From contig CAVURN010000003.1 of assembly GCA_963743915.1 (NCBI GenBank), positions 128,001 to 192,000 of the forward strand: a DNA stretch of 64,000 nucleotides. Reading direction: 5' to 3'. Position 1 is the first letter of the stretch. Each line of letters begins with the position of its first letter. Both the position numbers and the translations under genes were made by a program. The stretch comes from an uncultured Actinomycetota bacterium (GTDB taxonomy: Bacteria > Actinomycetota > Actinomycetes > JAHEKZ01). This document shows positions 1-9,723 of the stretch, piece by piece. The notes beneath the pieces were generated by a model. That model had not been told where the DNA came from. It did no database searches and worked only from the letters and a program-made list of their open reading frames with translations.

Positions 1-658
1 AGGTGAGGCCATGCGTGTCGGACGCGTGCCAGCCGAGCTTGTCGTAGGCGGGCTCGACGACCAGGCCGGGCGTGCCGGCGGGGACGATGATCGTGGAGAT
101 CTCGGGGCGGCCGTCGTCGCGGACGCCGGTGCGCGCGGTGACCGTGATGCACGACGTCAGCGGTGTGCCGCTGTTGGTGATGAACGCCTTGGCTCCGTTG
201 ATCACCCAGTCGCCGTCGTGCAGCTCGGCGTGGGTGCGGGTGGCGCCGGCGTCCGACCCGGCGTCCGGCTCGGTGAGTCCGAACGCGGCGAGCGCGCGCC
301 CGGCGACCAGGTCGGGCAACCAGCGGCGGCGTTGCGCTTCGGTGCCGAAGGTGAGGATCGGGTTGATACCGAGGCCCACGCCGGCCGACAGGGTGATCCC
401 GATCGACTGGTCGGCGCGGCCGAGCTCTTCGATCGCGATGCACAGCGAGGTGAAGTCGGCGCCCGCGCCGCCGTACTGCTCGGGGGCGGTGAGGCCGAAG
501 AGCCCGAGGTCGCCGAGCTTGGGCACGAGGTGGGCGGGGAAGGTGTGGGTGCGGTCCCACTCGGCGGCATGCGGCTCGATCTCGGACGCCGCGAAGTCGC
601 GCACCAGGTGGCGCAGCGCGTCGTGCTCGGTGGACTGCTCGACTGTCGGTGCCGTCAT
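1..658 (-). CDS. Acyl-CoA dehydrogenase (3' end runs off the window)
   Basis: Not in the ORF track. Minus-strand ATG at 658 with GGAGG RBS reads MTAPTVEQSTEHDALRHLVRDFAASEIEPHAAEWDRTHTFP...GLFGLTAPEQYGG...LAAFGLTEPDAGSD...INGAKAFITNSG, typical ACAD motifs. Confidence 0.9.
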   Translation of the reverse strand, partial: MTAPTVEQSTEHDALRHLVRDFAASEIEPHAAEWDRTHTFPAHLVPKLGDLGLFGLTAPEQYGGAGADFTSLCIAIEELGRADQSIGITLSAGVGLGINPILTFGTEAQRRRWLPDLVAGRALAAFGLTEPDAGSDAGATRTHAELHDGDWVINGAKAFITNSGTPLTSCITVTARTGVRDDGRPEISTIIVPAGTPGLVVEPAYDKLGWHASDTHGLT

Positions 659-717
659 GTCCTCACCTCCGCCCGCCGGGAGCCTTGTGGACTCCGTCGG
701 CCGATCGGGTCACGTGC

Positions 718-746
718 TTGACGTTTACGTCAACGTCAACCAGGCT
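718..746. promoter_or_regulatory. LiuR-type operator (two overlapping boxes) on the merR promoter
   Basis: TTGACGTTTACGTCAACGTCAA (718-739) contains two ACGT-N2-ACGT palindromes offset by 6 bp. TTGACG(-35), 17 bp, CAGGCT(-10), 6 nt, then ATG 753. Confidence 0.75.
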
Positions 747-752
747 AGCCCC

Positions 753-1187
753 ATGACCCCATCCGCTGGCAAGACCCTGGAGAGGGAATCTTCAGCGCAG
801 CACCAGTGGACGATCGGGGACCTGGCCGCTGAGCTCCAGGTGACGCCGCGCACGCTGCGGTTCTACGAAGCAGAGGGACTCATCGAGCCGATCCGCGGAC
901 CTGGCGGCTCTCGTAGATACACGAGGCGCGATCGTGCGCGAATGCAGCTGATCCTGCGCGGCAAGCGTTTCGGCATGACCCTGACCGAGATCGCCGAGAT
1001 CATCGACATGTACGACGACGCGGAGTCGAGCAGAATCCGCCAGCTCGAACGGGTGGTCGAGCGCGTGGACGAGATCAGCGTCGAACTGGCCCAGAAGCAG
1101 CGCGACATCGCGCGCACACTGGACGAGCTGGCGGACGTCTCGAAACAGTGCAAGGCCAAGCTGCGGCAGCTGCGGGCGAGCGGCTGA
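753..1187 (+). CDS. MerR-family regulator, LiuR-like
   Basis: WTIGDLAAELQVTPRTLRFYEAEGLIEP...RRYTRRDRARMQLILRGKRFGMTLTEIAEIIDMYD; divergent from an acyl-CoA dehydrogenase. Confidence 0.9.
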   Translation: MTPSAGKTLERESSAQHQWTIGDLAAELQVTPRTLRFYEAEGLIEPIRGPGGSRRYTRRDRARMQLILRGKRFGMTLTEIAEIIDMYDDAESSRIRQLERVVERVDEISVELAQKQRDIARTLDELADVSKQCKAKLRQLRASG

Positions 1188-1223
1188 CCGGACGCGGAAC
1201 GGATCGACAGGGCGGAGGTCGTC

Positions 1224-1706
1224 ATGACTGACGGGGCCGAGCGGGTCGTCGTCCAACGAGGCCTTTGGTACGAAGAACTCGAGGTGGGAGCGCGGTATCG
1301 CCACTCCCCTGGGCGCACGATCAGCGAGGCCGACAACGCATGGTTCAGCGCTCTGACCATGAATCAGCAGGCACTTCACGTGGACGCCGTGTTCTCGTCC
1401 GAGCAGGAATTCGGCAAGCCACTGGTGAACAGCCTGATGACGCTGGCGATGGTCGTGGGGCTCTCGGTGAACCAGCTGACCCAGGGGACGCTGGTAGCGA
1501 ACCTCGGTTTCGAGTCGGTGCGCTTCCCGGCTCCGCTGTTTCACGGAGACACCTTGCGTGCCGAAACCATCGTCATGTCGAAGCGCGAGTCGAAGAGTCG
1601 TACCGGTCAGGGCGTTGTCGCGCTTGAGCACACCGGCTTCAACCAGCACGGTGATGTCGTGGTCGAGGCGACTCGCAACGCCCTCTGGTTGATGGAGCCA
1701 CGATGA
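1224..1706 (+). CDS. MaoC-family (R)-specific enoyl-CoA hydratase/dehydratase
   Basis: QRGLWYEEL...RTISEADN..F..LTMNQQALHVD hot-dog fold motif; coupled to the CitE-like gene. Confidence 0.9.
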   Translation: MTDGAERVVVQRGLWYEELEVGARYRHSPGRTISEADNAWFSALTMNQQALHVDAVFSSEQEFGKPLVNSLMTLAMVVGLSVNQLTQGTLVANLGFESVRFPAPLFHGDTLRAETIVMSKRESKSRTGQGVVALEHTGFNQHGDVVVEATRNALWLMEPR

Positions 1707-2529
1707 AGCCGATCGCACCCGAGTCAGGGCCGGCCTACCTCTTCTGCCCCGCATCGCGTCCAGACCGGTACCAGAAGGCTTTGGACGCCGCCGACTTCGC
1801 CATCCTCGACCTCGAGGACGCCGTCGCCCCGGCCGACAAGGCAGCCGCGCGACAAGCACTGATCGACAACCCCGTCGACCCGGACGCCGTGATCGTGCGG
1901 GTCAATGCGATCGGGACGCCGGACCACGCGCTGGACCTGGAGGCGCTGGAGCAGACCCAGTACGGCCGGATCATGGTGCCGAAGGCCGAGGACCCCGAGG
2001 CCATCGCGAAGTTGGACCGGTTCGAGGTGATCGCGCTCTGCGAGACGGCACGAGGGGTGCTTAGAGCCCCGCAGATCGCCGAGGTGCCATGCGTGGTTGC
2101 GTTTGATGTGGGGCGCCGAGGACCTCATCGTCTCCGTTGGGTGGGCGATCCAGCCGCCGGACCGACGATTCCTATCGGGAGATCGCACTCCACGCGCGAT
2201 CGTCGGCTCTCCTCGCAGCCGGGGCGGCAACAAAACCTTGTATCGATGCCGTCCATCTTGACCTGCAGGACGACGATGGGCTTGAAGCCGAGGCTCGCGA
2301 TGCGGCGGCGTCTGGCTTCGTAGCCAAAGCGTGTGTGCACCCCCGCCAAGTTGATCGGGTCAGGTCGGCGTTCAGGCCCTCAACGGATGAGCTTGATTGG
2401 GCGCGACATGTGATTGCGGAAGCCGCGACTGCCGCCGTAACACAGATCGCCGGGGTCATGGTCGATGAGCCCGCACTACAAATGGCTCGCTCCATCATCC
2501 GTGCTGCCTCGGATGAGCGCGCCAGTTAG
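1703..2529 (+). CDS. CitE/HpcH-family CoA-ester lyase (frameshift near 2105)
   Basis: LFCPASRPDRYQKA..ILDLEDAVAP..MVPKAE..ALCETARG in one frame; IDAVHLDLQD..GF.AKACVHPRQV..MVDEP in the next. Confidence 0.85.
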
Positions 2530-2666
2530 GGCCTCCGACCGAAGGTCTGAGCGGCAACAAGATCGAGCTCACATCACGTCGGCGATCAACCTCTGGATCG
2601 AAGGACTGTGTGTTGAAAGGCCTTCGAGGCAGTGCTTGCTACCAGCTCGGTGACCCGGCGTCGCCT

Positions 2667-3530
2667 TCACCGGACCCAGATCTCGCCACGCCTGGCCTGC
2701 TCGTAGACAGCTGCGACCGTGCCCGCATCCAAGACCTGTGGTCGCTTCTTCAGCCAGCGACGTAGCTCACCGGCAGCGAGGACGGTGACGTCCTGAGGTT
2801 GTTCCTTGCGGTGGAGGTCGCCAGCGAAGATCACCAGCACGCCACTGACCATGACCGGGAATCCACAGGCGTCGCTGAGCAGACGTGACGCGCGAGTCGC
2901 CTCGTGCTCTGAGTTGCGCAGGTAGTGCTGTCGGTGGCCGCTCAGCCACACGCCCCGCGACGAGACGCTCACCCGCTTGCCTCGATGGTTCTTGGTGTTG
3001 ATGGTGAAGACACCGCCAGGACCGATGACGACGTGGTCGATGTCAGAGCCACGCTTGCCCACCGGGACCGAGTGGAGCGCGAACCAGCCACGTGAGACGA
3101 GCTTGGCGAGCGCAGCCCCCACTTCCTCCTCACCATCCGCGCCGCGGCGCCAGGCGCGCTCGTCGGTGTGCACGTCGAGGATTCGGCCGGCATAGGCCAG
3201 AAGGCGGGACTGCTGCTTACGCGCCTCCCACTCCCGTTCAGCTTGGACGCGCAGACCCTCGCCGGGTCGGCGTCCGGCCAAGTCGATGGGCGCCGCCGGT
3301 GTCGGATCTCCTTCCGGCGGCAGTGCTGGAAGTCCTGGAGGCGGGGGGACAGGCTGGTTCGCGACGAATGGCCTCAGCGCGGCCACGAAGGCTTCAGCGA
3401 GTTCTGCTCGCTCGATCGTGCTGACGCCGGTCTGCAGGTCATGCCATCCGACCCGACTGCCATCGGCGTCATTCACATACAGACGGTCCTTGCCGTAGCG
3501 CTTCCACGGCTGCACGGTGAGCTCCCCCAT
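2667..3530 (-). CDS. NERD (nuclease-related) domain protein
   Basis: WRRGADGEEEV...DIDHVVIGPGGVFTINTKNH; N-terminal WKRYGKDRLYVN domain and Pro-rich linker. Confidence 0.85.
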   Translation of the reverse strand: MGELTVQPWKRYGKDRLYVNDADGSRVGWHDLQTGVSTIERAELAEAFVAALRPFVANQPVPPPPGLPALPPEGDPTPAAPIDLAGRRPGEGLRVQAEREWEARKQQSRLLAYAGRILDVHTDERAWRRGADGEEEVGAALAKLVSRGWFALHSVPVGKRGSDIDHVVIGPGGVFTINTKNHRGKRVSVSSRGVWLSGHRQHYLRNSEHEATRASRLLSDACGFPVMVSGVLVIFAGDLHRKEQPQDVTVLAAGELRRWLKKRPQVLDAGTVAAVYEQARRGEIWVR

Positions 3531-3599
3531 ACATGGAGCTTCGGCCGCTGCGGGTCAGCGACTTGAGGCTTCCGCGTTGTCGGTGACTACGGCGGCGGC

Positions 3600-3613
3600 G
3601 GGTCTTTGGGCCC
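3600..3613. promoter_or_regulatory. Possible DosR/OsdR-like box
   Basis: GGGTCTTTGGGCCC fits GGGnC-N4-GnCCC, 65 bp upstream of ATG 3679. Confidence 0.35.
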
Positions 3614-3678
3614 TGGTCGCAGACAGCGAGTCCTGGCTGAATGTTCCCGGGCCCCCACGCTGAACAAGGGAGTCCTCT

Positions 3679-4720
3679 ATGTCCACGATGACCACCGGAT
3701 CCTCCACCGCGCACCACTCGGCGCCCGGAACTAGACAGGGTCCGTCCACGATTCGCAAAGTGGCGTCGCTGCTGGCCATCGCTGCCGGCGTCGTCCTGCT
3801 GGCGAGCACGTTCATCAACAACCTGTTCGCGGTCGGACCGGCGTTCGAAGACCTGATCGACGACTTCCGACCGGTCCTGTCTCAGGAGTCGATCGACACC
3901 GCCAAGGCCGATGTGGCCTCGCTCGGAGCAGTGTCCGACGAGTTCTCGGGCTCGATGGCACCGGCGGTGGCCGAGCAGCTCGGCATGACCCCCGAGGAAT
4001 TCTCCGCGATGGTCTCGGACCAGTTCCCGGCCGTCGGTGAGGGAATGGCCACCATCCCCGACGTCGCGACCACCTTCGACGGGCTGCTCACCACGCTCGA
4101 GACCCAGCAGCCGCTGTTCGAGTCGGCCGACGCGATCCCGACCGCAGGATCTGCCGGCGACGACCGTGCCGTGGATGATGCTGATCGCCGGGCTGCTGTC
4201 GATCGGCGTCGGCATCCTCATCTGGTTCTCGGCCAAGACCGGAGCGATCCTCGCGATCGTGCTGGGTGCGGCGCTCGTCGTCGTGCCGCTGCTGCTCAGC
4301 CTGCCGCAGAAAGCGGCCGACGCCGACCAGCTGAACGAGAACCTCAAGCCCGTCTACACCCAAGAGCTGGTCGACCAGGCCAGCGGTGCACTGGCGACCA
4401 TGGGTGCCATGGGTGAGGAGATGCAGTCGACGATGATGCCGGCGCTGGCCGAGCAGCTGGGCATGACGCCCGAGGAGCTGCAGGCCTTCCTCGGCGACAA
4501 CTTCCCGGCCGTCGCGGGTGCGCTGCAGAACCTGCCGGACGTCATGGCGCGCTTCCAGGGGCTGGTGACGGTGTTCGACGAGAACCTCGACAACTACCAG
4601 ACGATCACCGAGGTGTCGTTCGTCCCGATCATCTGGACGCTCATCGGCGCGGGAGGCGTCGTCCTTCTGGCCGGGCTGCTGGCGCTCGGCGGCAGGCGCC
4701 GCGAGGTGGCGGCAGCCTGA
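3679..4720 (+). CDS. Uncharacterised membrane protein with internal duplication (frameshift near 4140)
   Basis: Joins ORFs 3679..4416 and 4037..4720; about 4 TM helices and two homologous domains each containing AEQLGMTPEE..FPAV. Confidence 0.8.
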
Positions 4721-4922
4721 CCGACCATCGGACGCCCGGACCACAGTGAGGTCCGGGCGTCCGATGTTGCCCGATTGTTCGCGATCGCCCCGCGGCACGC
4801 TCAACCCGGCTGGCGGTCGCCTGCGGGCTGATGGGTGCTGGCGGGGGCGACGGCGTCCCCGACCGTGCCCTGCCGTCGAGCGATCGCCTGTGATTCGGAG
4901 CCACTGGCGCCAGAATGGCGCT

Positions 4923-5264
4923 ATACCAAGCATCCAGGTCAAGGACGCGCCGGGACGCCACCCACGCGGTGCTGCGCCGCCGGGCGGCTGCGGCCAATCA
5001 ATCGCTGCAGGAAGTACCTGCGCAGCTGGCTGATCCAGCAAGCAAGCTGGCCGACGCTGGATGAGGTGCTCGAGCGGGCCGGTGGGCGTGCGGGCGGTGC
5101 CCCGGGTGTGGGAGCTGCGCGCCAACCTCGGTGCGTCCGACGCCGCGGATGTCGCCCTTGCCGAGCTGCTCGACGCACCCCTCTACACGGCCGACCTGCG
5201 TCTCAGCCACGCCACCGCGGCGCGCTGCACCTTCGAGGTGCTGACCGAGCCGACGAGCGGCTGA
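4923..5264 (+). pseudogene. Decayed FitA-like antitoxin fused to a PIN/VapC toxin C-terminus
   Basis: IPSIQVKD / THAVLRRRAAAANQSLQ / YLRSWL..TLDEVLERA in shifting frames, then RVWELRANL..SDAADVALAELLDAPLYTADLRL; the toxin N-terminal half is missing. Confidence 0.7.
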
Positions 5265-6073
5265 GCAGGAGGTACTTGGGTGCAGTAAGTGGTGTCATGG
5301 CACCGCTTACTGCACCCAAACTCCGTGAGCGTGGCTAGCTGAACCGTCGCCGGGCGGAAGCCGCGCGCGATCATCCAGACCGCCAGCACCATCTCCTGCA
5401 GCGCCAGCGGCAGGTAGAGCAGGGTCTGCGTCGTCGAGTCCATCTCGACCACACCGAAAGCGGCCAGCAAGTAGGCGGCCACGTAGAGCGGAATGCCGAT
5501 GAGACCCCAGCCGGAGAGCCAGCGTGGGGCGATCCTCGACCAGAAGAGCGCGATGTAGAACAGGGCGGCACCGAGGCAGAACACGAGTGGCGTGATGATG
5601 GCCATCGCCTCGGAGTCGATCAGCACCCGGCCGATCCCGCGCAAGGTCTCGTCCGTACTGTCGAGCCCTCCGAGAGCTACCAGGGACAGCGCCGCAGCAG
5701 CGGCGACCACGTAGCAGGCGCTCTCCACCGCTCCCCGGATGACGAGGTAGCCGTAGGCCAGCACGTCGCTCACGGGACGAAGCACGGGCATCAGCACGAC
5801 AGGAATGAGTGCCAGCGACAGACCCATCGTCAGGATCAGGATCGCGCCGATGACCACCGCCGTCTCGTTCGCGGACGTCCATGCGACCGGGTCAGCAGCG
5901 TCGCTCACCGACGACAGGAACACCTTGCTGAGAATGCCCGCAGCGGTGCCGGCGATGAAGAGACAGCCCGCGGCGATCCCCGCGCCCCGGTGCTCTCGCG
6001 TACCGGTCTGTGCCGGGACGGTCGGCGTCACCTGCACCTCGAGCCTCCCATTGACCGTCAGTTGCTCAGTCAT
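5183..6073 (-). CDS. DUF4386-like multi-pass membrane protein
   Basis: AGCLFIAGTAAG..SRIAPRWLSGWGLIG..LPLALQEMVLAVWMIARGF; the true stop may be near 5335, before the palindrome. Confidence 0.75.
   Translation of the reverse strand: MTEQLTVNGRLEVQVTPTVPAQTGTREHRGAGIAAGCLFIAGTAAGILSKVFLSSVSDAADPVAWTSANETAVVIGAILILTMGLSLALIPVVLMPVLRPVSDVLAYGYLVIRGAVESACYVVAAAAALSLVALGGLDSTDETLRGIGRVLIDSEAMAIITPLVFCLGAALFYIALFWSRIAPRWLSGWGLIGIPLYVAAYLLAAFGVVEMDSTTQTLLYLPLALQEMVLAVWMIARGFRPATVQLATLTEFGCSKRCHDTTYCTQVPPAQPLVGSVSTSKVQRAAVAWLRRRSAV
5276..5319. repeat. 44-bp near-perfect palindrome (REP-like or bidirectional terminator)
   Basis: TTGGGTGCAGTAAGTGGTGTCA|TGGCACCGCTTACTGCACCCAA with 2 mismatches, between convergent genes. 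Confidence 0.8.
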
Positions 6074-6852
6074 GACGCACTCTCCTTTCGGCTCAGCTGC
6101 GCACTGCCGGCTCTCGCCCGCCTCGGCGTCCACGACCACCGGCATCCGACTCCGCCAGCGCAGCCACGTCGCGTCGTCTGTGACCAGCTCGCACATCAGG
6201 TGCGCGACGTTGGCCATCCGGGTGTGGTCCGGACGGAAGAGGCTGCTCACGATCGCCTCGTGGACGACGTACTCGCCGACATCGCCGTCCTCGAGGGTGT
6301 CGGGGCGCACCACGACCCATTGCAGGTGTGGATCGTTGGGCCCGACCTCGTGAGCGAGGAAGTCCGCCGCACGTTGGTTGTCACGGGACGGCGGAAGCAC
6401 GAGCCGCAGAGCCCCGAGGAAGGCGCGCTGCCCTGCACCGCGCTGCGCGTCCACGCTGCCCGGGCTGGTTCACCGAGACGCTGCCCATCAGGACCAGCCG
6501 CACCGGCGTTGGCGGCGGGCTCACCTCGATGGCTTCGCGTACCTGACGTACGGCGTGGCCGACCAGGTCATACGGAGGCCCGAGCACACCGCGGACGCTG
6601 ATGGAGTGGCCCAGGCACGAGATCACGGCGCCGCAGCCGTCGAGGTGTCCGACCAGGATCGGCAGTCGGCAGCGTGAGCAGGTCGGCCTCCACCACCTCC
6701 AGCAGCGGGTGACCGACGACTTCCGCGGGCAGCCGGTCGGCGGATCGCACGATCGCGCGGACGGCGACCCCACGATCGAGCAGCTGTGCGGTGACGCGTC
6801 CGCCGGTCCGACCGGTGGCGCCGAGGACCAGAACGTGACGTGTGGCGTCCAT
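6074..6852 (-). CDS. NAD(P)-binding oxidoreductase, atypical SDR/flavin-reductase-like (frameshifted)
   Basis: VLVLGATGRTGG Rossmann motif, AVISCLGH and WVVVRPDTL spread over three frames; the 3' end is uncertain. Confidence 0.75.
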
Positions 6853-6874
6853 GATGTGCTCCCTTACGAGTGGG

Positions 6875-7579
6875 TCAGCGGCTGGCGACCAGTGGCACGT
6901 CCGACGCGACCTCGCGCGGAGCCACGTGCTCGCGCAGCAGGCAGATGCCGAGGCCGGTGAACCAGACGATGACCAGCAGGCCGAACACGACTGCGACGGC
7001 AGCCAGACCCGGGACCGTCGAGATGATCCCCGCGGCGCCGGCGATGATGCCCGACCCAGCGTCAGCCACGTCGGCAGCGCGTGCCCGCGCAGCGCGACCA
7101 GGCTCACCAGCAGCACCCACGTGCCACCGAGAACCTCGCCGCCGGCTCCGCCGAGGCCCAGCGTCACGGGGTAGATGGCCTGCCAGGCACCGACAGCGGT
7201 CGCCGGATCGGTCTCGTGCAGGTCGATCACCGAGTTCATGCCGACGATGAAGACCATCCCGCTGGCCACGAGCACGCCGGCCCAGATCACGCCGATGGCG
7301 GCGGCGACCCGTGATGTCGCTGGTGCGATGCCGACCAGTCGCTCGTGCATTCCCAGCGCCAGGACGGCCAGCACCACGCCGAACGCCACATAGGCGATCA
7401 GGTACATGACGTGAAGGCCGAGCTGGTGGTCGATCAGCAGCTGAACCTGTTCGCCGGGATCGGTGACCGTCGGCATGTTGGTGCCGACCAGGAAGTAGAA
7501 CATCGCAGCGACCAAGGCCACTGCGAGGTAGAGAGCGGCGAAGCCTGAGGCTCGTCGCGCTGGAGTTCATGGTGGTCAT
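6875..7579 (-). CDS. DUF4386-like membrane protein (frameshifted)
   Basis: MYLIAYVAFGVVLAVLALG..GLGGAGGEVLGGTWVLLVS..FGLLVIVWFTGLG; AAGGAGG RBS before ATG 7579. Confidence 0.7.
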   Translation of the reverse strand: MTTMNSSATSLRLRRSLPRSGLGRCDVLLPGRHQHADGHRSRRTGSAADRPPARPSRHVPDRLCGVRRGAGRPGAGNARATGRHRTSDITGRRRHRRDLGRRARGQRDGLHRRHELGDRPARDRSGDRCRCLAGHLPRDAGPRRSRRRGSRWHVGAAGEPGRAARARAADVADAGSGIIAGAAGIISTVPGLAAVAVVFGLLVIVWFTGLGICLLREHVAPREVASDVPLVASR

Positions 7580-7867
7580 GGGAAACCTCCTTGGCGCGTC
7601 GTTGACGGCGCTCGTCCATGTCCTACCTGCAGTTTTGCGCGTTTCGAGGGCCGGCCAGAAGTGTCGAACGTCCCCGTTTTCGCGCAGCAGCTACGGCCTG
7701 TCGGTGGGGAGTGCCATGCTTCCGGCGGATCACGAAGACCGGTCAGCCCCTGGACATGACCGGCTGGCAACCTCGCGTCCGCGCAAGGTGCCCTCCAGGG
7801 AAGATCCGGCCACCCGATCCCGGGTGGCAAGGGCGGCTCTCCTCGGAGCCTGACGAAGGGACCCACC

Positions 7868-8302
7868 ATGCCCACCAGCGACCCGCGTGACTGGCATCCG
7901 GAGCTTGCCGGACCTCGTGATTCACAGCTCGCCGCTCAGTTCGCGGCCCTCATCGTCGGTGCGGACGGCGTCGGCGACGAGCCTGCGCCGGGCACCCGGT
8001 TGGAACGGGCGAACCGGGTGTGGGACGCACAGGAGTCCGGACAGATCACGGAAGCCGAGGCTTACCTGCAGATCCGCGAGCTGATGCTCGAGGCCATTGC
8101 AGAGGCCGAGGCGGGAAGAGGACGCGGGCTGATCGAACGCCGATTCCGGAGCACGTGGCTACCCGAGGCCGCTCAGGTGCGCATCAGCGCCGGATTGACG
8201 GCCGGGCCAATCAGTCCTCCATCAGGCGGGCGAACTGCTCCCACGACTTGCGGACGATGTTCTTACCTCGACCGGGACGCCAGTCGACCGTCCCCTTGCT
8301 GA
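7868..8302 (+). CDS. Hypothetical protein
   Basis: GAAGGGA RBS and a helical acidic N-terminal region; the 3' part overlaps the opposite-strand gene, so the end is doubtful. Confidence 0.35.
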   Translation: MPTSDPRDWHPELAGPRDSQLAAQFAALIVGADGVGDEPAPGTRLERANRVWDAQESGQITEAEAYLQIRELMLEAIAEAEAGRGRGLIERRFRSTWLPEAAQVRISAGLTAGPISPPSGGRTAPTTCGRCSYLDRDASRPSPC

Positions 8303-8408
8303 TGCGCAGCTCGCCCAGCTTCACGTCGTCGGAGTACACGAAGAACGTGAAGTCGCTGTTGATGACCTGCTTCGGAGGCTGAACGATCTCGACGCGGTGC
8401 TCCGGCAC
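8211..8408 (-). CDS. Small hypothetical protein (65 aa, beta-rich)
   Basis: GGAGG RBS, GTG start, VPEHRVEIVQPPKQVINSDFTFFVYSDDVKLGELRISKGTVDWRP..; strong GC3 bias. Confidence 0.7.
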   Translation of the reverse strand: MPEHRVEIVQPPKQVINSDFTFFVYSDDVKLGELRISKGTVDWRPGRGKNIVRKSWEQFARLMED

Positions 8409-8451
8409 GGTGACCTCCCTGGTGTGCGGACCCATTGTGACGGAGTAGGCA

Positions 8452-8478
8452 GGTTTGTGACCTCGATGTGCGGGGTAG
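8452..8478 (+). promoter_or_regulatory. SigF/SigB-type general-stress promoter
   Basis: GGTTT-N16-GGGTAG upstream of the PCD-like and SDR genes. Confidence 0.65.
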
Positions 8479-8513
8479 GTGTCGCGTCGCCACCACCACC
8501 AACGGAGGTCGTT

Positions 8514-8843
8514 GTGACACTGGATCCCGGACAAGTGAAGTCCGCTCTTGCAGGCTTGCAGGGCTGGCAGTACGAGGACGGCGCACTGGTCCGCGGGGTA
8601 CCGGTCGTGGAGGACAGCCGTCAGGGGCTGGTCGAAGCGGTGGCGCGGATCGCCGAGGAGTCCGTGGGGAGGCCCGAGGTTCACCTGCAGCCCGATCTTG
8701 TGGTGCTCCGGGTAGGAGACCCCGCCCTCGGTGGAGTCACCCCGGATGACGTCGAGCTCGCGGCACGCATAGACCAAGCGCTCGTGGGGTCGATACCGGA
8801 TCGCGGCGATTCTTCCGAGGGTCCAACTCCAGGCCGAGCGTGA
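8514..8843 (+). CDS. Pterin-4a-carbinolamine dehydratase-like protein (degenerate)
   Basis: L..LQGWQYEDGAL.R...GGVTPDDVELAARID; the usual HHP motif is replaced by GRP. Confidence 0.65.
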   Translation: MTLDPGQVKSALAGLQGWQYEDGALVRGVPVVEDSRQGLVEAVARIAEESVGRPEVHLQPDLVVLRVGDPALGGVTPDDVELAARIDQALVGSIPDRGDSSEGPTPGRA

Positions 8844-8855
8844 AGGGAGGCCATC

Positions 8856-9710
8856 GTGGCTCAGGGTGAACGCCCTCCCCAGCAGCAGGATCCACCCGGT
8901 CGGACCAGCGCCATGCGGCCCAGACCCCTGGACTCGATGAGCGACTACGTAGGTTCCGGTCTACTCGTGGGACGCAAAGCCCTGATTACCGGCGGGGACT
9001 CCGGGATCGGTCGAGCCGTGGCGGTGGCGTTCGCGAAGGAAGGTGCCGATGTCGCGATCGGCTACCTGTCTGAGCACGACGATGCACATGAGACCGAGCG
9101 ACTCGTGAAGGAGTCGGGTCGCCGCTGTGTGCTGCTGCCGGGCGACTTGTCGGATGAAGGGCACTGTCGTGCCATGGCGTCACTCGCGCTGTCGGACCTT
9201 GGCGGGATCGACCTCCTGGTGAACAACCTGGCAACCCAGCAGCCACAGGAGAGGTTCGAGGACATCACCACCGAGCAGTGGATGCGTACGTTCGACGTCA
9301 ACATCCACACGTACTTCTTCATGACCCGCGCCGTGCTCCCGCACCTGGAGCGCGGCGCCTCCATCATCAACACCGCGTCGATCAATGGTCTGCGGGGTAA
9401 CGGGCACCTCATTGACTACAGCGCGACGAAGGGGGCGATTCTCGCGTTCACGTACTCGCTGGCACAGGCGCTGATCGACCGCGGTATCCGGGTCAACAGC
9501 GTCGCGCCAGGACCGGTGTGGACGCCCCTGATTCCTTCCACCATGGATCCCGAACAGGTGGCGTCCTTCGGTCAGCAGGCGCCGCTGGGTCGAGCGGCGC
9601 AACCAGATGAGATCGCGCCGTCCTACGTCTTCTTCGCGTCGGGTCGCCTGTCCAGCTACTACAGCGGTGAGGTACTCGCGCCGATCGGCGGCGAGACGCT
9701 GCCCGGCTAG
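8856..9710 (+). CDS. SDR oxidoreductase, YdaD/YhdF general-stress type
   Basis: ALITGGDSGIGRAVA, DYSATKGA, IRVNSVAPGPVWTPLIP, GRAAQPDEIAPSYVF. Confidence 0.92.
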   Translation: MAQGERPPQQQDPPGRTSAMRPRPLDSMSDYVGSGLLVGRKALITGGDSGIGRAVAVAFAKEGADVAIGYLSEHDDAHETERLVKESGRRCVLLPGDLSDEGHCRAMASLALSDLGGIDLLVNNLATQQPQERFEDITTEQWMRTFDVNIHTYFFMTRAVLPHLERGASIINTASINGLRGNGHLIDYSATKGAILAFTYSLAQALIDRGIRVNSVAPGPVWTPLIPSTMDPEQVASFGQQAPLGRAAQPDEIAPSYVFFASGRLSSYYSGEVLAPIGGETLPG

Positions 9711-9723
9711 CCGACCGGCGCGG

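Noticed and set aside
5183-7521. Apparent DUF4386-SDR-DUF4386 fusions in the ORF track
   Set aside because: Internal RBS and ATG starts at 6852 and 6073 indicate separate genes; the read-through most likely comes from indels.
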